Below are positions 20,527 through 29,333 of a stretch of DNA of 64,000 nucleotides, in pieces. The notes below the pieces were generated by a model, which saw only the letters and a list, made by a program, of their open reading frames with translations, ran no database searches and was not told the DNA's origin. Position numbers and translations under genes: made by a program. Every line of letters begins with the position of its first letter. Positions within the stretch are counted from its first letter, which is position 1. Source of the stretch: an uncultured Nitrospina sp. (GTDB lineage: Bacteria > Nitrospinota > Nitrospinia > Nitrospinales > VA-1); assembly GCA_964344595.1 (NCBI GenBank), contig CAYFNV010000002.1, forward strand, positions 148,289 through 212,288. Reading direction: 5' to 3'.

Positions 20527-22800
20527 TTAAACCTTACCATCTTTAACTCGACCGGCTAACAGACGGATTTCCTGAAATAACTCCCCACAAGTAACATCAC
20601 CTTTCTTTAATATTTTAACAACATCACCTTTTAGCCTGCCTTGTTCTTCAAGAGTGAGTTCTTTTGCAGAGTTGACAATTACTGGGATATCTTTCCACTT
20701 CTGGTTTTGCCTCAGGCGTGCGATAAATTCAAAACCATTCATTTCCGGCAATACCAAATCCAACAAAATCATATCAGGTTTTTTTCCTTTAGCCAGCAAC
20801 TGAAGCGCTGTTGCTCCATCAATAGCTTCCACTACATTCCAACCACTTTTGTTAAATATGCGAGTTAGAGCCTCCCGGTTAATAGCATCGTCTTCAACTA
20901 TCAAAATAGTGAAGTCAGTAGGCTTTATCCAATATCGTTTGAAAATATCTACAAAATGATCCCAATCAAGAGGTTTAGACAAAATTTCAGTCGCACCTTC
21001 TATCGCAGGACTTTCCCCGAATTCCGTCAACAATATAACCGGTGTGTTTGCAAAGTTGGGATTTTGTCTTAACTGTGACAAAACTTCCAAACCATTCAAA
21101 CCCCCAACACTGGTATCAAGTATTATTAATTCTGGGTGGCTCTGTTCAGCAATTCTCAAACCTTCTTCGCCATCATCGGTAGTGGCCACCTTACATCCCT
21201 CTTTTTCCAGAAATCTTTTAATCAAATTACAAATGACTTCATCATCACAGATAACAAGGGCCTGATTTATATTAAAATCGATATTGTAGCTAGGTTTTAT
21301 TTTTTGATTTGCAGTGTAAATATCATCCTGACCTTCATCAAGAAATCGACCAAGCCATTCTTTCCATCTACTGCCAGATTCTTTTTCTAAAACTTTCACA
21401 TGAGAAACATCTTCAGGCACAAAAACAGTAAACGACGCTCCCTTTCCAAGTTCACTGCTTGCCTGTATATCGCCACCCAATAGAATGGCCAAACGCTTAC
21501 TTATAGTTAACCCTAGTCCTGTTCCACCATGTTTTCTAGTTGTTGAAGAATCTTCCTGCACAAACTCTTCAAACAACCTGGAAATTTTCTCAGGGGCAAT
21601 GCCAATCCCAGTATCTCCAATAGTAAAATAAACCCATTTAACGCCATCAACAGTTTTCCCAGAAACGGTCAAATGAATTTCTCCACTGTCAGTAAATTTA
21701 CAAGAGTTTCCTAATAAGTTTAATAGGATCTGGCGAATACGAGAGGAATCCGAATACATCGAGTCAGGCAAATTTTGCTTAATAACTTCCAACTTATTTT
21801 TTTTCTTTATTGCCAATGGCCTAACCGTCGAAATAACTTCTTCAATTAGATTTGAAAGGTCAAAAGACTCAGGATGTATTTCCATTTTTCCCGCCTGAAT
21901 TTTTGACAGTTCAAGAATTTCGTTGATCAAACGCAATAAATGACGTCCTGCAAATTCTATTGCCCTTAAATCTTCAAGAAAGTCTGGTCGTTCTAATTTT
22001 CGCGCTTCGAATTGAAGAATCTCGCCATATCCCAGGATAGCATTTAAAGGAGTACGGATTTCATGGCTCATGTTTGCTAGAAACTCACTTTTGGCTCTTG
22101 CAGCTGTTTCTGCTTCTTCTTTAGCAATTAGTAGAGATTCCTCAGCAATTTTTCTAAATGAAATTTCCTCCTTTAATTCCTGAGTCTGGTTTTCCAAGTC
22201 CTGAGTACGGAGTCGAACCGTTTCTTCAAGGTTCTGATTCTGCTCCCAAATCATTTTATAGAGGGCAGCACTTTCAAGGGCATTGGCAGTATTTTGAAGG
22301 ATCACTGATAATGGATAGAGAATTGTTTCGTTTACAGGAGAACCACCTGATAAAACCCGTCCAACAAACATACCACGCACTCTTGTTTTGGAAGCCAAAA
22401 CATGGAATACCAGCAAATGTTCATGGTCAGGGTTTCTAATAACAACTGCCCGGTTACGATTTAATGCCCAAGCAAAGGTACCATTCTCAATTTCCCTATC
22501 CACCTCCACCTGAATCAGTGCTTGATCAGAAGATGGGTCAATCTCTTTCAGAACAAACTCAGAACTATCCTCATCCACTAGATAAAAAGCAGCCACTTGA
22601 AAATTAACAAGGCGCCTTACATGTCTTAGCGCAACATTCAAAATTCTTTGTGGATCACGGGTCAGGTGGGCACTATGTTGTAACTCACCAAGAGAAGCAA
22701 GAATATCAAGACCAAATAGATTGAGCCTGGCTTGACTTTCAAGAAACTCAATTCTAATCTGATCCTTGCTCTTAGAGTCTTTTTTAGGATCTTTCTTCAC
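20527..22800 (-). CDS. Hybrid sensor histidine kinase (GAF-HisKA-HATPase-REC-REC)
   Basis: 757 aa. GAF-like N-terminus, H-box [15 protein letters not shown]-box [13 protein letters not shown]. Two receiver segments ([14 protein letters not shown] and [14 protein letters not shown]). Confidence 0.85.
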   Translation of the reverse strand: MKKDPKKDSKSKDQIRIEFLESQARLNLFGLDILASLGELQHSAHLTRDPQRILNVALRHVRRLVNFQVAAFYLVDEDSSEFVLKEIDPSSDQALIQVEVDREIENGTFAWALNRNRAVVIRNPDHEHLLVFHVLASKTRVRGMFVGRVLSGGSPVNETILYPLSVILQNTANALESAALYKMIWEQNQNLEETVRLRTQDLENQTQELKEEISFRKIAEESLLIAKEEAETAARAKSEFLANMSHEIRTPLNAILGYGEILQFEARKLERPDFLEDLRAIEFAGRHLLRLINEILELSKIQAGKMEIHPESFDLSNLIEEVISTVRPLAIKKKNKLEVIKQNLPDSMYSDSSRIRQILLNLLGNSCKFTDSGEIHLTVSGKTVDGVKWVYFTIGDTGIGIAPEKISRLFEEFVQEDSSTTRKHGGTGLGLTISKRLAILLGGDIQASSELGKGASFTVFVPEDVSHVKVLEKESGSRWKEWLGRFLDEGQDDIYTANQKIKPSYNIDFNINQALVICDDEVICNLIKRFLEKEGCKVATTDDGEEGLRIAEQSHPELIILDTSVGGLNGLEVLSQLRQNPNFANTPVILLTEFGESPAIEGATEILSKPLDWDHFVDIFKRYWIKPTDFTILIVEDDAINREALTRIFNKSGWNVVEAIDGATALQLLAKGKKPDMILLDLVLPEMNGFEFIARLRQNQKWKDIPVIVNSAKELTLEEQGRLKGDVVKILKKGDVTCGELFQEIRLLAGRVKDGKV

Positions 22801-22811
22801 AGGTTTTATTA

Positions 22812-23663
22812 TCAGAGGAACATTTCAACAGCTTCGCTGGTTTGCCTATCAACCTGCTCAACAATCGATGATAAAAGGCTGGTAGGTAAATCCAGAATTT
22901 CCCACGCTTTAGAATTTAGAGGAGGCACGTGACTTTCTCCGCATGTTCCTAGTTCCATTCCGTGCGCAATGATGTATGCAACATGCACAATAGATGCAGC
23001 TGCAGGATAACAAGGTGATTGACCAGGTATGTGATGAAAAGCCACCGCCTCTTGAAGCATTTCTGGAAGCTTCCATACTTTTAGCAACATACCTCCAACT
23101 GCTGCGTGGTCAGCTCCCATAATCGCATTTTCAGCATCATGCAAAAGACCTCCATTTTCATAAAGGCTTACGACCTTTTGCATTTTCTCAGGAACATTAA
23201 GCAGCAATATTAATCGCCCCAAATCATGAAGCATGCCCATTAAATAAAATCTGTCGGCATTTGGTTCTCTACGGTAAACAGCTATGATCCTTGCAGCCAG
23301 ACCTGTTGCAACACTATGAAACCAAAATTTTTTCATGCTGATTAAGTTTTCGGGAATACCCCTAAATTGATTCACCACTGTTGTTGCCAAGGCTAAGTCA
23401 TTAAGTTGAGCCATCCCAACAATTGTCACCGCATGGGTTATAGTTTCAATTTTGCTCGGAAATCCAAAAAAAGAACTATTCACAATCCTTAATAATCGGG
23501 CTGAAAGAGATGGATCGCCACTTATGATTTCACCAATTTCTACAAACGAACATTCCGGATCTTCTACAGCCTCGTTAATTCGGTAAAAAATTGTAGGAAG
23601 TGAGGATATCTGTGGAGATTGCTCAATTAGGTTTTTTAGGTCCAGTTTCATACCCTCTGTCAT
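22812..23663 (-). CDS. HDOD domain protein
   Basis: 283 aa. [12 protein letters not shown]...[19 protein letters not shown]...AVTIVGM and [10 protein letters not shown]. Confidence 0.8.
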   Translation of the reverse strand: MTEGMKLDLKNLIEQSPQISSLPTIFYRINEAVEDPECSFVEIGEIISGDPSLSARLLRIVNSSFFGFPSKIETITHAVTIVGMAQLNDLALATTVVNQFRGIPENLISMKKFWFHSVATGLAARIIAVYRREPNADRFYLMGMLHDLGRLILLLNVPEKMQKVVSLYENGGLLHDAENAIMGADHAAVGGMLLKVWKLPEMLQEAVAFHHIPGQSPCYPAAASIVHVAYIIAHGMELGTCGESHVPPLNSKAWEILDLPTSLLSSIVEQVDRQTSEAVEMFL

Positions 23664-24001
23664 GACCCCTCCTGCATAAGCTTAAACTTTCTGGTCAAAC
23701 AAACATCATATAATTCAGCTATTGCAGGATGTCTCCGGTCGGTATGCCTGAATAAACCGTCTTGTTCTTTAACGATGGCTGGGGGTATTTTCTTTTCCGG
23801 ATCTTCACCCTTCTGGGGATCATTTTTCGCATCATCCTGAAGCTTTATATTAACCTCAGTGACACCCCAGGATTTTAAAGTTTTCAAGTTTTGTCCTGTT
23901 ATTGTGTGACCCGCAGTCAATAAAGTCCTGCCCATTCTATCTTTTACATCTGTAGCAGTCACCATACCTTTTTGCACAAACTTGATTTTAATCGATTTCA
24001 T
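23660..24001 (-). CDS. Small hypothetical protein; its N-terminus resembles the module that precedes many HD-GYP domains
   Basis: 113 aa. FVQKGMVTATDVKDRMGRTLLTAGHTITGQNLKTLKSWGVTEVNI. 4-nt overlap with the HDOD gene. Family assignment is from memory only. Confidence 0.5.
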   Translation of the reverse strand: MKSIKIKFVQKGMVTATDVKDRMGRTLLTAGHTITGQNLKTLKSWGVTEVNIKLQDDAKNDPQKGEDPEKKIPPAIVKEQDGLFRHTDRRHPAIAELYDVCLTRKFKLMQEGS

Positions 24002-24062
24002 TATTAAACTTGTTCCAAACAGTTTCTCAAATAAAAGCTCTTCTAACCGATTCTAATCATAA

Positions 24063-24665
24063 ATGAATTTAATATCTTCGAAAATATTTACCATATTTTT
24101 TTTAGTCTTGGTTATTTTCTCAACAGGCTGCACTAAAAATCATCGTATTCTTATTGATCCTTCCATACCAGTTCACACATCCAAAATTGGCAATAGAATT
24201 CCCGTAGGTGTAAAAGTTGTTGATGCCCGCTCCAGTAATATCATTTCGAAATGGCAGGGAGGTTTTAAAGTAAGAAAGTTTACTGTTACATCCCAGGGAG
24301 ACTTGAAAGATATTTTTACTACCCGGATTCGCCAAGGACTAACAAAACTGGGCTTTTTACCTAAAAACTTTAATCCTGCGCTAAAAAAATCGCTAAAAAT
24401 TGAAATATTGCGCATAAAAAGCCGTTATCAGGAAGCCCCCCCAAAAATAAATATACGGGTCAAAGTCGTTATCAAAGCAACATGTATGAATCAAATAAAA
24501 AAGTTCAGTAAAAACTTCTCATCAAGGAAAAGCCGAACTGATATCAGCCCTGCCAGCTTTCCAAACGAAAGCCTGCTAAACGATACAATTTCTGAAACAA
24601 TGGGAGCAATTTTCGGCGATTCTTCCTTGATAACCTGTCTTAAAGAAGATTCACAGGCATCTTAA
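24063..24665 (+). CDS. Putative lipoprotein, YajG-like
   Basis: 200 aa. Signal peptide ending FSTGC (relaxed lipobox). Length and block order resemble E. coli YajG by eye. Confidence 0.55.
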   Translation: MNLISSKIFTIFFLVLVIFSTGCTKNHRILIDPSIPVHTSKIGNRIPVGVKVVDARSSNIISKWQGGFKVRKFTVTSQGDLKDIFTTRIRQGLTKLGFLPKNFNPALKKSLKIEILRIKSRYQEAPPKINIRVKVVIKATCMNQIKKFSKNFSSRKSRTDISPASFPNESLLNDTISETMGAIFGDSSLITCLKEDSQAS

Positions 24666-24949
24666 ACCTGAACAAATAAGTATTTGTTTTATTTGAGTTT
24701 ACTTTATTATCACTCCATTATTACCCTGTTTGCTTTCAAATGACTTAAAGTAATATGCCTTAATTCTGTTTATTTTGGAGTACCGACTAGCTATAGTTTA
24801 CCGGAAAGTGCTCATAATCAAAGTTTTTCCTTTTGCTTTGGGGATAATAGGTCGATAAATCAATAGTTGCTATTATGATATTTCACCCCTTATAAAAGGA
24901 TAAACTGTTGGGCAACCAAATTCATAAATCCTGAAAAGGGGAAAGAATA

Positions 24950-26185
24950 ATGGAAAATAACTTGGGTTCGCTTATTAGTAGTGGCGATGTTCTATTTATG
25001 ATGCTTGGTGCGGTAATGGTTTTTGCCATGCATGGAGGATTCGCGTTTCTTGAAGTAGGTACTGTTCGAAAGAAAAACCAAGTCAATGCATTGGTGAAGA
25101 TTCTAGTCGATTTTGCCGTCTCAACTCTGATTTATTTCACTATTGGCTATGGAATAGCCTACGGAATTTTTATGTTTCAACCTGCCAGCAAATTATTGGC
25201 AGAAAACCAAGGCTATGAACTGGTTCATTTTTTCTTTCTATTAACATTTGCAGCCGCTATTCCTGCCATCATTTCTGGAGGTATTGCAGAGCGTTCCAAG
25301 TTCTGGACTCAAGCTTTAGCTGCAGGTATTTTTGTTGGCATTACTTACCCTCTATTTGAAGGTATGGTTTGGGGACAAATATCCTTTCTCGGACAAGAAG
25401 GTTCATGGTTGGCAGAACTAACCGGGGGAGTTCCTTTTCATGATTATGCTGGGTCAGTAGTCGTCCATTCCATGGGTGGATGGATAGCCTTGACTGCTGT
25501 CATGGTACTTGGTCCTCGCTTTGGAAGATGGGATTCTCAAGGCCGTAGCCGCCCTATTCCTATCAGCAATGTTCCATTTATGGCACTGGGAAGCTGGATG
25601 CTTTGCGTAGGCTGGTTTGGTTTTAATGTCATGTCTGCAGCCACATTACAGGGAATATCTGGCTTGGTTGCCATAAATTCGCTTTTTGCCATGGCTGGAG
25701 GAATTATTGCGGCCCTGGTGATTTCTAAAAATGACCCAGGATTCATTCATAATGGAGCCTTGGCTGGCCTTGTTGCCATATGCGCAGGTTCCGACCAAGT
25801 TCACCCAATTGGCGCACTCATTATTGGAGCATTGGCAGGGGTTATTTTTGTCAAAGGCTTTACTTGGGAACAGGAAAAGTTAAAGCTTGATGATGTATTG
25901 GGTGTTTGGCCGTTGCACGGCATAGCAGGTTCATGGGGAGGAATAGCTTGTGGCATCTTTGGTCAGGAAGCCTTGGGAGGTTTGGGTCAGGTCAGTTTTC
26001 TGGCACAGCTAATCGGGACTCTTTTTGCCATAGTTATCGCTTTGGTTTTTGGTTTTGCAGTTTATATGGTTTTAGATAAAACAGTCGGAATCAGACTGGA
26101 GAAGGAAGATGAGCAAAAAGGTTCAGATCTTGCCATCCATAATATTGAGTCATATCCAGAGGATGCAACCAGTAGATTTTTATGA
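24950..26185 (+). CDS. amt: Ammonium transporter (Amt family)
   Basis: 411 aa, about 11 TM helices. AVMVFAMHGGFAFLEVG, DYAGSVVVHSMGGW, HGIAGSWGG. Confidence 0.9.
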   Translation: MENNLGSLISSGDVLFMMLGAVMVFAMHGGFAFLEVGTVRKKNQVNALVKILVDFAVSTLIYFTIGYGIAYGIFMFQPASKLLAENQGYELVHFFFLLTFAAAIPAIISGGIAERSKFWTQALAAGIFVGITYPLFEGMVWGQISFLGQEGSWLAELTGGVPFHDYAGSVVVHSMGGWIALTAVMVLGPRFGRWDSQGRSRPIPISNVPFMALGSWMLCVGWFGFNVMSAATLQGISGLVAINSLFAMAGGIIAALVISKNDPGFIHNGALAGLVAICAGSDQVHPIGALIIGALAGVIFVKGFTWEQEKLKLDDVLGVWPLHGIAGSWGGIACGIFGQEALGGLGQVSFLAQLIGTLFAIVIALVFGFAVYMVLDKTVGIRLEKEDEQKGSDLAIHNIESYPEDATSRFL

Positions 26186-28467
26186 GTGATTATGTATTAA
26201 AAAAATTTTTTGTTTTATTCTTATTATTGGCCTTCTTTGCAATAGCAAAGCCAGTTATTGCAGAAGAGGATGCCATTGAAACACTTAAAAAGGCAGCTGA
26301 AGCAGACCCTAAAGACTATGCTCCTCACTTTGGCCTGGGTCAGGCCTATCACCAAATGGGGCTTTATGATAAAGCAATTGCAGAATACTTAAAAACCATT
26401 GAGTTGGAACCCCTGTTTGCTGCAGCTCATAGCGGTTTAGGTACCAGTTATGGTGCTATTTCTAAATATGAAGAGGCTGTTGATTCCTTCAAAGAAGCTA
26501 CTCGTTTAGGACCCAATTATTCAGAAGCACAATTTGGACTAGGCTGGAGCTATGCACAGTTAGAAGAATATGAAAAAGCTGTCATTCCTCTCAAAACAGC
26601 ACTGAAAGCAAAACCACGGATGGTAGTCGCCCATTTCACTCTGGGGCAAGTCTATTCAGCTTTGGGTGAATTCAATGATGCAATCAAACACTTCAAACGT
26701 GCGTTGGAAATCTCTCCTATTTACCCAGATGCCTATTTTCAAATGGGTATTAGCTATGCTCAACAAAATAAATATGATGATGCCGTGCAGGCTTTTAAAG
26801 ACACATTGAAACTGAGCCCAAATTATTTCGAAGCCTATATTGGTATAGGCCGTGCTTATATAAATTCCAACCGGAATGAAGAGGCTATTGGACCACTAAA
26901 AAACGCTATCACTATTAATCCAAGCTATGCGGATTCATATGAAAGACTGGGAGCTGCCTACCAGAATCTGGACGAACACGATAAAGCATTACCTTCTTAC
27001 CATGAGTTTGCTCGAATCGATTTCAGAAACCCGGTCGCTCACTTTAAACTTGGGGTAGCCTATTCACGGCTTGGTAGAAACCATGATGCCATTAAAAGCT
27101 TCCAGGAAGCTGTGAGATTAAATGAAGAGTTCCCCGAAGCACATTATAATATGGGGTGGTTATATCAAGAGCTAAGAGAATCAGACAAAGCCTTGGACCA
27201 ATATAAAAAAGTTGTATCAATGGACCCTGAAAATCTGGATGCTTTTTTCAATATGGGAGAAATCCATCAATCCTTCAATCGCTATGAAGACGCTATCACA
27301 AATTTTCTTAGTGTTGTAAGTCTGGACCCCAACCATGTTGAAGCACATGTTCACCTTGGCTGGAATTACGCAAAAATGGATCTTCCTGATAAAGCCTTGG
27401 AAGAATTTAAAGCTGCATTGGAAATCAACCCTGACCGTGAAGAAACTTATTACAAGCTGGGGGTCACTTATGGTGACCTTGGGCTCTTTGCAAAAGGGCT
27501 TGATTCATTGGAAAAGGCACTTGAGATGAATCCAAACCATCTTGACACATTACTGCAACTGGGAAGATTCAATTCAATACTGGGAAACTACCAGGAAGCC
27601 ACAAAGCATCTGAATAAACTCTTAAAAATAGCACCCAATTATAGTGAAGTAGGACTGTTATCTGGAAAAAGCCTGGTAGAGTTGAATCAGTTTGAAAGGG
27701 CTTTACCACATTTAGAAAAAGCCGTTAAACAACAGCCAGACTCATTTGAGGCGCAATTTTATTTGGGGCTTACTTTGATCAGGCTAAATCGACCGCAAGA
27801 TGCCATTGCTCCGTTTCAAAAAGCCGTCAAGATCAAACCTGATTCCTCACTGACCTTCAATCACCTTGGACAAACCTATCAGAAACTGGAATTGTACCCT
27901 GAGGCTATTTACTCCTATAATCAAGCTATCAGTATAGAGCCCAATTTTACAGATGCTTATAATAAGCTGGGAGCCATATACACTAACAAGCAAAACTATG
28001 AAATGGCTATAAAAATGTTCCGTGGAGCAATTCATTCCAATCAGAAATTTCAGGCTGGTTATTTCAACCTTGGAATGGTTTACGAGATCCTCGGGCGAAA
28101 TACGGAAGCCATAAACCAATATCGAAAAATATTGGATTTAAATCCCAATCACCAAAAAGCACTGTTCAACATGGGATGGGCATTGATTGATGAAAAACGA
28201 TTTATGGAAGCTATACCACCCTTTCAGAAAATCATAGATATGGCTCCAGAAGACACAAACGCTCACTACAGTCTGGGACTTGTTTATGATAATCTCCACC
28301 GTTATCAAGAAGCGCAAAACAAATATCATCGTGTACTTCAATTAGACCCTAATCATTCAGGCGCATATGAAAGGCTGGCTTTAAACCAAAAAGCCATGGA
28401 AAATGCAACAGCTTCCGCGCAAAAAGATGTCTTTCCCAAAGAACTTGATATCATTTTGGTACCCTAG
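26182..28467 (+). CDS. Secreted tetratricopeptide-repeat (TPR) protein
   Basis: 761 aa. Signal peptide, then more than 15 tandem 34-residue TPR units. ATG overlaps the amt stop (ATGA). Confidence 0.8.
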   Translation: MSDYVLKKFFVLFLLLAFFAIAKPVIAEEDAIETLKKAAEADPKDYAPHFGLGQAYHQMGLYDKAIAEYLKTIELEPLFAAAHSGLGTSYGAISKYEEAVDSFKEATRLGPNYSEAQFGLGWSYAQLEEYEKAVIPLKTALKAKPRMVVAHFTLGQVYSALGEFNDAIKHFKRALEISPIYPDAYFQMGISYAQQNKYDDAVQAFKDTLKLSPNYFEAYIGIGRAYINSNRNEEAIGPLKNAITINPSYADSYERLGAAYQNLDEHDKALPSYHEFARIDFRNPVAHFKLGVAYSRLGRNHDAIKSFQEAVRLNEEFPEAHYNMGWLYQELRESDKALDQYKKVVSMDPENLDAFFNMGEIHQSFNRYEDAITNFLSVVSLDPNHVEAHVHLGWNYAKMDLPDKALEEFKAALEINPDREETYYKLGVTYGDLGLFAKGLDSLEKALEMNPNHLDTLLQLGRFNSILGNYQEATKHLNKLLKIAPNYSEVGLLSGKSLVELNQFERALPHLEKAVKQQPDSFEAQFYLGLTLIRLNRPQDAIAPFQKAVKIKPDSSLTFNHLGQTYQKLELYPEAIYSYNQAISIEPNFTDAYNKLGAIYTNKQNYEMAIKMFRGAIHSNQKFQAGYFNLGMVYEILGRNTEAINQYRKILDLNPNHQKALFNMGWALIDEKRFMEAIPPFQKIIDMAPEDTNAHYSLGLVYDNLHRYQEAQNKYHRVLQLDPNHSGAYERLALNQKAMENATASAQKDVFPKELDIILVP

Positions 28468-28619
28468 CAGTTTTCTTCGTTAAACATGAACCACTCACAA
28501 ATCTGGTATTCTGCTTTACCCTCAATAGTACCTTTAGCTGGCTCGACATCTGTTTCCAGCATGGTAATGGCTCCTGATTCTAAAGGTGTTATCCAATCCA
28601 AGCTTTTTCAATAAATAAG

Positions 28620-28649
28620 TTGACAGTAAATCCTTTAAACTTATATACT
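28620..28649 (+). promoter_or_regulatory. Candidate sigma70 promoter for nuoE-nuoG-nuoD
   Basis: TTGACA (28620-28625), 18-nt spacer, TATACT (28644-28649). About 140-nt leader containing two short hairpins. Confidence 0.45.
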
Positions 28650-28793
28650 TCGGCCTCCAAGAGGGATTCGGGAAATCAACCCTAAACCGTGAAAATATAA
28701 GGCTCTTATATTTTCCTCTGAACCCATCTATTTTCTTGGTAAATTGGTAAGCAAAAGCTTACTGATTTTATTAATTTCGTAAAGGTTTATCCC

Positions 28794-29333
28794 ATGGAAA
28801 CCAACGAGACCGTTACCGAAGAGATTGAACAAGAAGAAATCGATCTTTCTCCGACTGAAGAAATACTAAATAATCTTCCAGACAATTCACGTAGTCACCT
28901 CATTCCGACTTTGCAAAAAATTCAGGAAGCTTACAGGTATTTGCCTGCACCTTCTATGGAATTAGTCATGGAATTTCTGAACATTAGCCGGGCAGAGATA
29001 TACGGGGTGATATCATTTTACCCTCAGCTTCTTATAGAGGAACCGGGAAAATACATCATTAAGCTCTGCTATGGTACGGCCTGTTTTGTAAAAGGGGCAC
29101 CAATTATCAGTGATAAAATTCATGATTGTTATCACATTGGTCCTGGTGAAACTGATAATACCAAATTGTTTACATTACAGACTGCCTCCTGCCTTGGTAA
29201 CTGTGGGGCCGCTCCAATGGCTATCATTGGAGAAGATACGCATGGAACTATAGACCCTGAAAAGACACTGGATCTTCTGGGAGAGTACAAGTTAGAAGAT
29301 GACCCGGAAACCGAGGAGGCACCAGCTTCATGA
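28794..29333 (+). CDS. nuoE: NADH dehydrogenase 24-kDa subunit NuoE-like [2Fe-2S] protein
   Basis: 179 aa. Thioredoxin-like 2Fe-2S ligands in LCYGTACFVKG ... ASCLGNCGAAP. Acidic N- and C-terminal extensions. Confidence 0.8.
   Translation: METNETVTEEIEQEEIDLSPTEEILNNLPDNSRSHLIPTLQKIQEAYRYLPAPSMELVMEFLNISRAEIYGVISFYPQLLIEEPGKYIIKLCYGTACFVKGAPIISDKIHDCYHIGPGETDNTKLFTLQTASCLGNCGAAPMAIIGEDTHGTIDPEKTLDLLGEYKLEDDPETEEAPAS

Noticed and set aside
20187-20540. ORF-track protein of 117 aa (minus strand)
   Set aside because: About 105 of its 117 codons are a read-through of the 316-bp repeat element. It shares the identical peptide with the 48413-48703 ORF only because the DNA is the same mobile element. 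It has no credible start context, and it overlaps the 3' ends of both flanking genes.
24666-24949. Nitrogen-control sites upstream of amt (sigma54 -24/-12, NtcA GTA-N8-TAC, NtrC palindromes)
   Set aside because: I found only near misses, such as TGGAGTACCGACTAGC with wrong spacing and GTAATATGCCTTAA lacking the TAC half. None is good enough to report.
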